Virus record (IMG/VR): IMGVR_UViG_3300032307_000723
Coordinates: 1-64,000 of that record
Direction: 5' to 3' (one strand)
From: a virus
Length of the DNA stretch: 64,000 bases
Part shown: positions 30,353 to 40,246 of the stretch, one piece after another
How the letters are laid out: each line of letters opens with the position of its first letter
How positions within the stretch are numbered: position 1 is the stretch's first letter
Translations under genes and position numbers: made by a program
Notes under the pieces: generated by a model
Seen by the model: the letters and a program-made list of their open reading frames with translations, nothing else
What the model was told of the DNA's origin: nothing
Databases searched by the model: none

Positions 30353-31471
30353 ATGGACAAATTTAAAAAACATATTGACAACCTTGTTTCAAAAGTACTT
30401 AATGAGGAAATTGAAAGTAAAGTAAGAAAAATCACAGAAACTATGAGTGGTGAGTGGACTGAAATTGAGGTTGGTGAAGAACTTAAAGGTAATCAAAAGA
30501 AACTTGATGTTGCCAAACCAAAAGGTAAATTAACTGCTGACGACTTTAAAAAACTTAGAAAAAGTAAAGTTGCTAAAATTGGTAGTAAGTATGGTGATAA
30601 ACACGGTATGGAAGAGGCTGAAACTGAAGAAGGTAATGCGTTTTCAGGGGCTTTAGCTGATGCTAAGAAAAAGGGTAACGATTCTTTTGAGGTTGATGGT
30701 AAAGAATACCAAGTTAAAGAAAGTAAAAATAGTTTAAAATTAACTGAGGATGAGTTAATTGATATGATTGAGAAAATTGTGATGGAACAAAAAGTTAAAG
30801 ACAAAGCAGAAAAAGAAAACATCACAAAAAAAATACCTCAAGGGTTGAAAGATACTGATAAAGTATTGAACAAGAATAATGAGATTAATGATGAACATAC
30901 TAAAGAGGTCGTTAAAAAAATGAAGGACTACATGAAGGATATGTTTATGGGTGGTAATGGATATAATGAATCCCCTGATGATTTCCCACAAAGTAATTAT
31001 GATATGGAAAAAGACCATAAAGAAAAGAAGTACAACCCATCTGATGCAGTTGAAGAATATATTGAAAATTTTGCGTATCCGGGAATGACTAATTTAGTTT
31101 ATGATGAAATCAAACCTGATGAAGAAATGATTGGGAACCAAATAAAGGGTGATTCTAAAAATGGTAATGCTGTTACAGATAAAGATGGTAAAGCGTTAGG
31201 TAATGTTTCAAAAAGAAGTTTAAAGACTGGTGATAGGTTCAAAAAGAATTTTGATGAGAATTTATATGGGGCTGAACAAATGAATGGTTCATATAAAAGA
31301 GTTCCTCAACCTGTGGATGTTGCTGGTGATAAAAAACAAGCAGGGTCTTTAGGTAAAGCGGAAAAGATTTTAAATAAACTTGAATCAACTGAAAATAAAA
31401 AGTCCAAAATAGTTTCTGAAGAGATGAATAAGATGAAAAATTTAATTGGATATAACAGAAAAACACAATAA
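30353..31471 (+). CDS. Charged hypothetical protein (possible prohead core/scaffold)
   Basis: Highly K/E rich; LKLTEDELIDMIEKIVMEQ motif; TATTTATA at 30330. Confidence 0.55.
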   Translation: MDKFKKHIDNLVSKVLNEEIESKVRKITETMSGEWTEIEVGEELKGNQKKLDVAKPKGKLTADDFKKLRKSKVAKIGSKYGDKHGMEEAETEEGNAFSGALADAKKKGNDSFEVDGKEYQVKESKNSLKLTEDELIDMIEKIVMEQKVKDKAEKENITKKIPQGLKDTDKVLNKNNEINDEHTKEVVKKMKDYMKDMFMGGNGYNESPDDFPQSNYDMEKDHKEKKYNPSDAVEEYIENFAYPGMTNLVYDEIKPDEEMIGNQIKGDSKNGNAVTDKDGKALGNVSKRSLKTGDRFKKNFDENLYGAEQMNGSYKRVPQPVDVAGDKKQAGSLGKAEKILNKLESTENKKSKIVSEEMNKMKNLIGYNRKTQ

Positions 31472-31510
31472 AAATTCACATTTCGAATGATTATACTATA
31501 TTCTCCATAG

Positions 31511-31978
31511 ATGACCTCTATGGAGAATTTTTTTAATTATATGACCAATAAGATACCAAAAGATGAAATAATAATTTGGTTTAACATTCATAATATGTAT
31601 TATGAACGAATTGAATTATTTGGAGACATATTCAAATCACTAAATTTCATAATAAACGATACCTATTTGGGTAATGAATCTTATGAAACTAAAATTATTA
31701 TAACTAATGAGGATAACCAAAAACATTTTGATTGGTGTTGGGAAAAATTAGTTGAAGATTTTAGGAAGGAGAATATTATAATAAGTTTGGAGGGAGAACA
31801 CAAAGATTATTTCAAATCATTTTTTAACGATACCTTTTACAATCAGGATGGAAGTAAACTTAAAGAGTCGATTCCGACATTTTTAAGTGAGATTTTCAAC
31901 GTAAATAAGGACTTTGTTAAACCGGATTTAGATATTTTAACTGAGTTTTATAAAATACTACAAAGATATGTTGATTAA
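31511..31978 (+). CDS. Hypothetical protein
   Basis: 155-aa ORF. Confidence 0.6.
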   Translation: MTSMENFFNYMTNKIPKDEIIIWFNIHNMYYERIELFGDIFKSLNFIINDTYLGNESYETKIIITNEDNQKHFDWCWEKLVEDFRKENIIISLEGEHKDYFKSFFNDTFYNQDGSKLKESIPTFLSEIFNVNKDFVKPDLDILTEFYKILQRYVD

Positions 31979-32057
31979 AAAAACACCATTTGTATTTACA
32001 CCAGAGTAAAAAAACTTAATATTCTTCTATAACAATAAACAAAATAACTTTTGAAAA

Positions 32058-32243
32058 ATGGAAACATTAGAAAAAATCAAAGCGTTAACTGAACAATTGT
32101 CAGTAGATGCTACAAAATTCTACAACGGAAATAAAAGTGCTGGTACAAGAACTAGAAAATCTGCTCAAGAATTAAAAACATTACTACAAGAATTTAGAAT
32201 TGAAATTCTTGAACATAGTAAAAACGGAAGTGCGAATGCATAA
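32058..32243 (+). CDS. Hc1-like (histone H1-like) small DNA-binding protein
   Basis: KF.NGNKSAGTRTRKSAQELKTLL resembles the Hc1 family GNKAAGTRARK motif. Confidence 0.7.
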   Translation: METLEKIKALTEQLSVDATKFYNGNKSAGTRTRKSAQELKTLLQEFRIEILEHSKNGSANA

Positions 32244-32421
32244 ATTTGAATCAATATATCTTTTTATATTTGTGTTCACAATATTTGTGGTATTAAGACA
32301 TATTGCAAAATTTGTAAGTGCCCTGTTATCAAGAGAACCAAAACAAATGGTTTACAATAACAGGGAACTTATTTTCCTTGGATTATCATTAAGTTATTTA
32401 ATTACATACATATTACAATGA
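32236..32421 (+). CDS. Small membrane protein
   Basis: Two hydrophobic segments. Confidence 0.55.
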   Translation: MHKFESIYLFIFVFTIFVVLRHIAKFVSALLSREPKQMVYNNRELIFLGLSLSYLITYILQ

Positions 32422-32873
32422 GTTTTTATAAAGAATTAGTGCCGTTTGTGCAATATATACATTCTGTTAGGAAGTTAGAAAACTATTTAAGTTTTGACAT
32501 GGCTTTTCCTACTAAATGGTCAATACCTAAAAGTATTATTGATGAAGGTCAAGTTATTGGATTTAACTTAGATGACCAAAATTTAAAAGGAGTTACATTT
32601 GTTGCCCAAATAAACGAAAGTGATGTTTCATTAATTTTAACTAAAATTGCCAAAATTATTAAGTTAAATAAGGAAAGAGAATTAAAAGAACAATTATTCA
32701 AACAAACAATTGACCAACTAAAACAAACATTTGAAAAAAATGATTTGGATAAATTACAAAATCTATACTTTGATTTTGAAACAGATGCACCAAATTTAGA
32801 ATTAGATGAGCAAAACGGACAGGAGTCAACAATTATTGAATTGGCTGACGAGCGAGACGAAGAAAGACAATAG
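32418..32873 (+). CDS. Hypothetical protein
   Basis: 151 aa; ATGA-type overlap. Confidence 0.6.
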   Translation: MSFYKELVPFVQYIHSVRKLENYLSFDMAFPTKWSIPKSIIDEGQVIGFNLDDQNLKGVTFVAQINESDVSLILTKIAKIIKLNKERELKEQLFKQTIDQLKQTFEKNDLDKLQNLYFDFETDAPNLELDEQNGQESTIIELADERDEERQ

Positions 32874-33000
32874 AGAACTCGAAAATAGTAAGAAACGACT
32901 TATTTGGGAGATTAAAAATATAAAGAAAGAGGAAATGTTCCCTCAACCAAAAAAATTATCATTATGGAAGAGAATAAAAGTACTCCTCTTGGGGAGTTAG
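32806..33000 (+). CDS. Hypothetical protein
   Basis: 64 aa overlapping neighbours. Confidence 0.5.
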   Translation: MSKTDRSQQLLNWLTSETKKDNRELENSKKRLIWEIKNIKKEEMFPQPKKLSLWKRIKVLLLGS

Positions 33001-33194
33001 AAAAACTAGCCTTAATTGCGGAATCTTGTCAAGCTATTTTTAGTGGTAAAGGTACCATAATATTTGAATTACCGAAAGGTGAATACACAAGTGTTATTAA
33101 TCATTTTAGGGAGATTGATAGACATCATGAACAATTTTCAATTGATATCTCCGGAACTGAGTTTCACTTTATTTTGAAGGAGGTAGAGAAGTAA
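32964..33194 (+). CDS. Hypothetical protein
   Basis: 76 aa. Confidence 0.55.
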   Translation: MEENKSTPLGELEKLALIAESCQAIFSGKGTIIFELPKGEYTSVINHFREIDRHHEQFSIDISGTEFHFILKEVEK

Positions 33195-33813
33195 ATTTTC
33201 TATACAATATTTTCTTATCAATACCATAAGATTCTAACATATTAAAAAGGTATTTTCTTTGAGCGGAGGAGTGGTCTTTAACAAAAAGACAATCTCCTCT
33301 TTTTATTTTAAAAAAATGAGATGATAAACAATCTATAAATCGTGATGATTCGGATTCTGATTTTAACGTGAAAAGGTTAATATTCTCATCCTCTTGAACT
33401 ATAATCTTATTATTGAGACTTGATATCATTTTTAAACCATCTCCCTTTAAATAGGTCTTTATTAGTTGTTGAGTGGTTATCCTTTTATTTTTGGTAAGGT
33501 CGTAAATCTTTTCTTCTTTTTTATAATGACCAATATTAAACAATGTCATTCCCTCATCTTCAAGAGTTACTTTGGTATTTCTACCATATTCATCGGTCAT
33601 GTAAACTGGTACTAACTGATTATCACTTAGTTCAACTAAACCTATTTCATATCTCACATCAACACCATTTTCAATTTCGACATTAAATAGAACATCGTTT
33701 GATTCTTTTAATAATTTGTCGTAATATTGTTTAGCTCGTGAAAATGTCACGAACTTATTTATAATTTTTTTACGTTTCTTATTTTTGAATAAGACAACAA
33801 GATAGTTTACCAT
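33169..33813 (-). CDS. Hypothetical protein
   Basis: Likely start MVNYLVVLFKNKK at 33813, avoiding overlap with dnaJ. Confidence 0.6.
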   Translation of the reverse strand: MVNYLVVLFKNKKRKKIINKFVTFSRAKQYYDKLLKESNDVLFNVEIENGVDVRYEIGLVELSDNQLVPVYMTDEYGRNTKVTLEDEGMTLFNIGHYKKEEKIYDLTKNKRITTQQLIKTYLKGDGLKMISSLNNKIIVQEDENINLFTLKSESESSRFIDCLSSHFFKIKRGDCLFVKDHSSAQRKYLFNMLESYGIDKKILYRKFTSLPPSK

Positions 33814-33815
33814 AT

Positions 33816-34742
33816 ATGAAAGATTACTACAAAATTTTAGAAGTTGAAGAGAAAGCTTCACAAGATGAGATAAAAAAGAGTTATCGTACTCTATCTAAGA
33901 AATATCACCCCGATGTAAATCCTGAGGGTGATGAGAAGTTTAAAGAGATTGCAGAGGCGTATGACAACATAGGTACTCCAGAAAAACGAGCTCAATACGA
34001 CCAAAACAAAAACAACCCATTTGCTAGAAATGGTGGGGGTTCTTCATTTGAAGAAATGTTTAATCAAATGTTTAATGGTGGTGGAGGTGCAAGACAACGA
34101 AGAAAATCAGTTCCTGATAAAATTGTTAAAGTACAAATAGACCCAATTGAATCTTATAGAGGTGTTGATAAAAAAATTCAATACATGAAAGAGACTCAAT
34201 GTGGTACTTGTAACGGAAGTGGTGGAGAAAGACAAATGTGTGGTACTTGTAACGGAGCAGGATTCCAACTCAAAACATTTGGTACTGGATTTATGGTACA
34301 ACAGATAAGACAAGCGTGTAATTCTTGTGGTGGCAGAGGATATACTTTAGTTCACAAATGTCATACTTGTAATGGTCGTGGTGGAAAAAATGAAATGGGT
34401 ATGGTTAATTTTAAATTACCTAAAGGTGTTGATAGTGGTCAGTATTTAAAATTAGAGAATTTTGGTGATTTTAGAGAGGGTGAAATTGGTGATTTAGTAA
34501 TTCAAATAGAAGTTATTGATAAAGATGGTTTTGAAAAAATAAATAATGATTTAATATATAACCTATTCCTTGATTTAGAAGGGGTAAGAGAAGATAAACT
34601 TAAAGTACCTCATCCTGATGGTGAATTAATGTTAAGTCAACCAAAAATATTTGACACCTCAAAACCGTTAAGATTAAAAGGTAAAGGATATAATGGTGGG
34701 GATATGTATGTTAAGTTAAATGTAAGATTTGAAAGACCTTAA
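33816..34742 (+). CDS. dnaJ: DnaJ chaperone
   Basis: J-domain HPD; four CxxCxGxG repeats; C-terminal domain. Confidence 0.92.
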   Translation: MKDYYKILEVEEKASQDEIKKSYRTLSKKYHPDVNPEGDEKFKEIAEAYDNIGTPEKRAQYDQNKNNPFARNGGGSSFEEMFNQMFNGGGGARQRRKSVPDKIVKVQIDPIESYRGVDKKIQYMKETQCGTCNGSGGERQMCGTCNGAGFQLKTFGTGFMVQQIRQACNSCGGRGYTLVHKCHTCNGRGGKNEMGMVNFKLPKGVDSGQYLKLENFGDFREGEIGDLVIQIEVIDKDGFEKINNDLIYNLFLDLEGVREDKLKVPHPDGELMLSQPKIFDTSKPLRLKGKGYNGGDMYVKLNVRFERP

Positions 34743-34924
34743 AAAATAAGGTCTTTCAGTTTATTAAAAAGAACGATTGTTCCATATATCGATGAAAACA
34801 AAATGTAAAATCCTAAGATTATCATCCCAATTTGTTTTTTAGATACGCCTCTTTGTTTACATTTTTTACAACCTTGAGAATTAATCTCATTTTCTCCAAT
34901 AATTTGTCCTTCAACTATTTCCAT
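34739..34924 (-). CDS. Small membrane protein with CKKC motif
   Basis: 61 aa; TATTTATA upstream on its strand (34945-34952). Confidence 0.55.
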   Translation of the reverse strand: MEIVEGQIIGENEINSQGCKKCKQRGVSKKQIGMIILGFYILFSSIYGTIVLFNKLKDLIF

Positions 34925-35017
34925 TTTTTTTGATTTTTAATAAATATAAATAAAAAATAATTAAAGTGAAACTTGCTTTTTGGATTTTTATTTCGTATAA
35001 TTATAAAAAAATTAAAT

Positions 35018-35860
35018 ATGGCATTATCTTACATCGGTGGAAAATCAAAAATAGGTAAATGGATTGTACCATTTTACCATAAGGACATTGAAACATATAT
35101 TGAACCATTTGGTGGTATGTTTTGGTGTTTCTTTAACATGGACCTAACTCAATATCCAAATCTAAAAGAAGTTGTTTATAACGACTTTAATCCTTTAAAT
35201 TATAATTTATTTCAGTGTCTTCAAAATCCTGAAAGATTATTAGAGGAAATTAATAATATTCCTTGTCAACAAAAGGGAGAATCTCCAACACCGGATATCT
35301 ACAAAGAACAATTTATCAGGTTCCAATCTGAAATATTTGATGAAAATTTCAGCGTACAACCTTATGATTATGTTACGGCAGCAAAATATGCGTATGTTTT
35401 AACACAAGTCTTTAGTGGTTCAAAACCTGAAACAAGTTCATTTATTGACCTTAAAGGGAAATACAAATCAAAATATTTGACATTTAGAGATAAGTTATCA
35501 AATCCTAAATGGGTAGAACATTTTGTTAGAATTACTAAAGTTGAGAATATGGATTTTGAGACCTTGATTGCTAAATATGACTCACCAACAACGTACATTT
35601 ATTTGGACCCACCATATTGGAAAACTGAAAATTATTATTCTAATCATGACTTCGATAGTGGTGACCACCAAAGACTTGCAGATTGTATTAAGGAGATTCA
35701 ATCAAAGTGGTCTCTATCATATTACGATTTCCCTCAATTACATAGTTGGTTTCCACAAAACACTTATCGTTGGGAAGAAAAAGAATTTGCTAAAGCAGCT
35801 GCGGCAAAAAAAGGTGTAAAACAAAATTTAGGAAAAGAGCTGCTAATATTAAATTATTGA
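35018..35860 (+). CDS. Second Dam/D12-class adenine methyltransferase
   Basis: SYIGGKS, EPFGG and YLDPPY motifs. Confidence 0.88.
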   Translation: MALSYIGGKSKIGKWIVPFYHKDIETYIEPFGGMFWCFFNMDLTQYPNLKEVVYNDFNPLNYNLFQCLQNPERLLEEINNIPCQQKGESPTPDIYKEQFIRFQSEIFDENFSVQPYDYVTAAKYAYVLTQVFSGSKPETSSFIDLKGKYKSKYLTFRDKLSNPKWVEHFVRITKVENMDFETLIAKYDSPTTYIYLDPPYWKTENYYSNHDFDSGDHQRLADCIKEIQSKWSLSYYDFPQLHSWFPQNTYRWEEKEFAKAAAAKKGVKQNLGKELLILNY

Positions 35861-35902
35861 TTATATTTGCCTTCGATATATTTATAATTAAAATAGTTTA
35901 AG

Positions 35903-37222
35903 ATGAAATTTACACCATTATTAAAGTCAATAATTTTAGAACAGTCAAAGTTTGAATTTTTATCTAATAAGTACTTACAACCTAAGGTTAATAAAGAAGG
36001 TAAGAAGTTAAAACCAAAATTAACGCAACAAGAGTTAAATTCTTTTGTGGCCGCTGACCCAACGACTAGATTAAATAATGTTGATTTAGAAAATATGTCT
36101 CAAGATGACTTGGGAAAAATCAAAGCAGGTAAATATGTTGATTGGTTAGTTAACCAATATTTGAATATTAAAACTGAAAGACAACCTGGTGAGAACGGAT
36201 ATGAGCGTGAACTTAAAAATGCTAGAGAAACGTTCATGGAAGACCTTTATAAGGTGACGGATGATTTAAAGAAATTTGAGAGATTCAAAAATAAAATCAA
36301 AGGAGAAAAAGATATTAATAAATTAACTGCGGACCAATTATATGATGCGGTTAAAGATTTTGATTTGACTTTGGCAACTACAACTAAATCAGAAAGAAAA
36401 TCAGCAGAAGTTCATCCTGGTGCCAAAATGGTTTATGATGGTCCTAATTGGAGAGTTGTTGAGATTGAAGATAAGGGTCCGGTAGGTAAAGAGGCGGCTT
36501 GTTTCTACGGAGGTAATAACCAAGAGACAAGATGGTGTACTTCAACTCCGGGAACTGACCAATGGTTTAATCGTTATATTAAAGATGGGCCTTTATATGT
36601 GGTTTATAATCCTAATGATACGGATATAGCGCCAACAACAGGGTTACCTAAAAATAGATATCAATTCCATTTCCCATCGAATCAATTCATGGATAAGGAT
36701 GATAGAGACCAAAACTTAGTTCAGTTACTAACAGGTCCGATGGAAGACTTAAAAGAATTCTTCAAACCTGAGTTTGCTAAGGGACTTACAGTTGGTGGGG
36801 AAAAATTGGTTATTGATAGTTTCACTCATGGTGCGGTTGGTAAATTTATTGCATTGTATGGGTTAGATGATTTAATTAATAATTTACCTCAAACTCTTAA
36901 AGAATTCCAAATTCAAAATAGAGATAGTAAATCTGATATTATTATTAATATACCACAAGAAATTGGTAAATTTAAAGATTTAGAGATGATTATGTTAGAT
37001 AATTGTGTGGATAGTATTCCGGATTCTATTTGTGATTTACCTAATCTTAGATTTTTAGCGTTGATTAATAATCAAAGATTGAAATCAGTACCGGAATGTG
37101 TTGTTAATTTACCGTCGTTATTATTCCTTAACTTGAAAGGTAGTCCAAATGTTGAGGTACCTCAAAAGATTAGAGAAAAAGGGACCGACATGGGCGGTGG
37201 AATGTGGGACTTACAAGACTAA
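35903..37222 (+). CDS. T(R/K)WCT-family protein with C-terminal leucine-rich repeats
   Basis: AACFYGG..TRWCT; IPQEIGKFKDL, IPDSICDLPNL, VPECVVNLPSL; TATTTATA at 35879. Confidence 0.7.
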   Translation: MKFTPLLKSIILEQSKFEFLSNKYLQPKVNKEGKKLKPKLTQQELNSFVAADPTTRLNNVDLENMSQDDLGKIKAGKYVDWLVNQYLNIKTERQPGENGYERELKNARETFMEDLYKVTDDLKKFERFKNKIKGEKDINKLTADQLYDAVKDFDLTLATTTKSERKSAEVHPGAKMVYDGPNWRVVEIEDKGPVGKEAACFYGGNNQETRWCTSTPGTDQWFNRYIKDGPLYVVYNPNDTDIAPTTGLPKNRYQFHFPSNQFMDKDDRDQNLVQLLTGPMEDLKEFFKPEFAKGLTVGGEKLVIDSFTHGAVGKFIALYGLDDLINNLPQTLKEFQIQNRDSKSDIIINIPQEIGKFKDLEMIMLDNCVDSIPDSICDLPNLRFLALINNQRLKSVPECVVNLPSLLFLNLKGSPNVEVPQKIREKGTDMGGGMWDLQD

Positions 37223-37231
37223 TTAAAAAAT

Positions 37232-37579
37232 ATGAATGTAGATATAGAAGTTTATTTGAGTGGTATAGTTAAATTCTTTAAGGACAATCCAAAAGATTTG
37301 TTAAGTTTGGTACCGAAAGATAAAGAAGATGACTTCTACTTAATGTTGAGAAAATATTCTTGTGATAATCATGAAAAAGGTGAGGACTATGTCCTAACCC
37401 GAAATCAAATTCTTGAAATATGTGTCCAGCTGAATGACCCGAAAAAAGTTTTACAAGATGCAAAACTAATTGAGGTTGACGAGTTGGACGATTTAAAATC
37501 AAGATTAGATAAGGCACTCAAAGAAGAAGAATATGAGGAGGCTGCGAAACTCAGAGATAAGATAAAAGAAATTTCTTAA
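37232..37579 (+). CDS. UVR (UvrB/UvrC) motif protein
   Basis: LDKALKEEEYEEAAKLRDKIKE. Confidence 0.7.
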   Translation: MNVDIEVYLSGIVKFFKDNPKDLLSLVPKDKEDDFYLMLRKYSCDNHEKGEDYVLTRNQILEICVQLNDPKKVLQDAKLIEVDELDDLKSRLDKALKEEEYEEAAKLRDKIKEIS

Positions 37580-37590
37580 AATTATAAAAA

Positions 37591-37620
37591 AAAAGGAGAA
37601 CAACATAGTTCTCCTTTTTT
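37591..37620 (+). terminator. Intrinsic terminator
   Basis: AAAAGGAGAAC..GTTCTCCTTTTT. Confidence 0.7.
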
Positions 37621-37643
37621 ATTTTTTATTATCTTTGTCCCCT

Positions 37644-39317
37644 ATGAGACAAGAGATTTTAAAATACCAGTATGAAGAATACCTTACGATAACTCATAAG
37701 GATTCGAACCCTATTGATTATAGGGTACCTCAAACAATACCTACAGATTCTTGGTTGGATGATATATTTGATAATAAAACAGAAAGACCTGGTTCACCAC
37801 CTTCAACCAAAAGACCATTGTTCATTGTTGATACCATTCATAATAATGATGAGGAAAAATATGTTGAGAATTATGGTAATCCTATGTGTACTGTTAGGAA
37901 AGACTACGTAATGGTGGTAATCGAACGGGATGGGGATAAACTCGCTTTGAAATTATTTTATGGTGGGAAGTCGAGGACTAAAGGTACCTCATACTTTAGA
38001 GTTAAAAAGAATGTTGAATATATCACCGTGAATACAAAAACCGGTGATGTTTATAACGGGTACCTAAAAGGGTTTCAAAAAAAGAGAAACTATTCTAAAA
38101 AAGTTAGAAGAAATTATTTTTCGGATTGTTCTTTAGAAAGTATGAAATCTAAAATAAGGAATTATTTAGGGGTCTTTAAAATTGAGAACGCTACTTCAAT
38201 TGCTAGTGATTTTGTGAATGTCTTTATTGATGAGATTGATAAAAAACAATATGATAACCTAAAAATTGATGATAGGTTATTCAAATTTTATTTGGATAAA
38301 AGAAGTATTAAGTACCCTAATAATTTTGGCGCGTATAAAAATCATTTAATCGGACCGTCAATCAGAAAAAAACTTAAAAAGAATGGTGGTAAATTAGTTG
38401 ATGCATTTATGAGTGAACATAATTTACAAGGTAAGGTTTTGAAGAAATCATTACATGAATGTGAAAGAATTACTCTTGATTCTTATAATTATGCTCGAAA
38501 TGTTTTTGGGGGTGATAAGTTGAACCAAGATTCAGGGGTTATTGTTCCATTGTTGGAGTCCTTAACTCATGTTAATAATCCAACTGTGGGTGATAGGTTA
38601 AAAGAAGTTATGACATCTAGTGAAATGGATAGATACTATCGTGCTTTTAAAGAAGTGTTTGTTAATTCTAATATGGATACCTATACACTATCTGACCACG
38701 TTAGAATGTATTTAGAATTAAAACAATATGGTGTTGATGTTAAATGGAATGCGACTAATAGTACTGAATTCCATAATGAGCATTTAGATTGGACCGATAA
38801 AATATCTCATTATAGAAATGGAGCTTATACGAGAATTTATCCGGAGATTCTTCATGAATTATTGTCTAAGAATGTTGGTGAATACACTCCGGTTTTATTG
38901 ACCACATCTCAAGAATATAATGAAGAGAGTGCAACACAATCGAATTGTGTTAAAGGATATGTTGGAAGACCTGAGTCAATTATTGTTTCGTTAAGAAAAG
39001 ATAATGAACGTGCAACCATCGAATATAAAGTTAATTTAGTTAATGATGTTGTTACAATTAACAGAGTTCAATCTTTAGGTAAACGCAATCAGTCATTAGA
39101 TTCTAAATGGAATGATGTAATGTTGAGTTTAGATAATATAATGTTATCTTTCCTTAAACATAAAAATTTTGAATTAGTTAAGGTAATTAAAGAAAATGGT
39201 ATGGGTATGAAGATAAACTCAGATTCTAATTGGATTTTAAGTTCTTGGGGTTCAATGGTGTTACAATGGGATAATCCAATGATAAACGCCAATAATTATA
39301 ATGGGTTTTTTATATGA
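37644..39317 (+). CDS. PcfJ-like domain protein
   Basis: LLTTSQEYNEESATQSNCVKGY..SLRK..RATIEY; TATCTTTG at 37630. Confidence 0.65.
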   Translation: MRQEILKYQYEEYLTITHKDSNPIDYRVPQTIPTDSWLDDIFDNKTERPGSPPSTKRPLFIVDTIHNNDEEKYVENYGNPMCTVRKDYVMVVIERDGDKLALKLFYGGKSRTKGTSYFRVKKNVEYITVNTKTGDVYNGYLKGFQKKRNYSKKVRRNYFSDCSLESMKSKIRNYLGVFKIENATSIASDFVNVFIDEIDKKQYDNLKIDDRLFKFYLDKRSIKYPNNFGAYKNHLIGPSIRKKLKKNGGKLVDAFMSEHNLQGKVLKKSLHECERITLDSYNYARNVFGGDKLNQDSGVIVPLLESLTHVNNPTVGDRLKEVMTSSEMDRYYRAFKEVFVNSNMDTYTLSDHVRMYLELKQYGVDVKWNATNSTEFHNEHLDWTDKISHYRNGAYTRIYPEILHELLSKNVGEYTPVLLTTSQEYNEESATQSNCVKGYVGRPESIIVSLRKDNERATIEYKVNLVNDVVTINRVQSLGKRNQSLDSKWNDVMLSLDNIMLSFLKHKNFELVKVIKENGMGMKINSDSNWILSSWGSMVLQWDNPMINANNYNGFFI

Positions 39318-39649
39318 CAAAATCAAATTACATTGAGAAAATAGAAAAAGGGAATAATGTTTATTTTTCTATTATGGACTTACCTAATGCAACTCCGGAG
39401 TTTTTAAAATTTATTTCAGAGAAATTTGCATTGATTCATAGTATTGCTGAGATGGGGCAAGATTTAAAAATTACTTACAAAGAAAAAATTTACTTAACAA
39501 AACAAGAATTTTATTTATATTTACTAATAACCGATGATGATATCCAAGTAAGAGTTTATTACCAACAAAAACAATTAGACGAACTTAGACTTATTATTGG
39601 ACAACTTTTAAAACAATCAAATTTATGGAAATTACAACAGAAGAATTAA
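39314..39649 (+). CDS. Hypothetical protein
   Basis: 111 aa. Confidence 0.55.
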   Translation: MTKSNYIEKIEKGNNVYFSIMDLPNATPEFLKFISEKFALIHSIAEMGQDLKITYKEKIYLTKQEFYLYLLITDDDIQVRVYYQQKQLDELRLIIGQLLKQSNLWKLQQKN

Positions 39650-39945
39650 AACAAAAAATTGAAAATGGTGAGAAATTAGTAGTTGATTTCTGGGCCCCGT
39701 GGTGTGGACCATGTAAGATTATGAAACCTATCTTTGAGAAAGTGTCTCAAGAGTATAGAGATGATAACTCAGATGTTCAACTATACACATTAAATGTTGA
39801 AGAGAATAAAGAATTTGCTGCTGAGTTAGGGATTCGTGCTATTCCAACAGTTAAAACATTTGTGGGTGGGGAACAAAAATTCTCAAGTCCGGGTGTGTTA
39901 AGAGAGGATAGAATAAAAGAGTTGGCGACAGAATTATTAAATTAA
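39625..39945 (+). CDS. trxA: Thioredoxin
   Basis: VDFWAPWCGPCK..IRAIPT. Confidence 0.92.
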   Translation: MEITTEELKQKIENGEKLVVDFWAPWCGPCKIMKPIFEKVSQEYRDDNSDVQLYTLNVEENKEFAAELGIRAIPTVKTFVGGEQKFSSPGVLREDRIKELATELLN

Positions 39946-39946
39946 T

Positions 39947-40246
39947 ATGAAAGATTTAAATGTTATAGTTTACACAATGAAGGGATGTCCATTCTGTATG
40001 GACTTTAAAGAATTACTTGTTAAAGAGGGTATTGAGTTCTTCGATAGAGATATTGATGATTACAAAGATGAGTATGAAGTTTATACTCAGATAACTGAAA
40101 ATGATATGATACCATCATTGTTAATTATTGAAGGGGATGATGCCAAATACGAGTCATTCTTATATGCCCCTGAAAGAAACTATAACGAATTAACTGAGGC
40201 GGTTGATATCATTAACCAACACAGAAAAAAAGTTGGTATTATCTAA
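39947..40246 (+). CDS. Glutaredoxin-like protein
   Basis: YTMKGCPFC..MIP. Confidence 0.8.
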   Translation: MKDLNVIVYTMKGCPFCMDFKELLVKEGIEFFDRDIDDYKDEYEVYTQITENDMIPSLLIIEGDDAKYESFLYAPERNYNELTEAVDIINQHRKKVGII

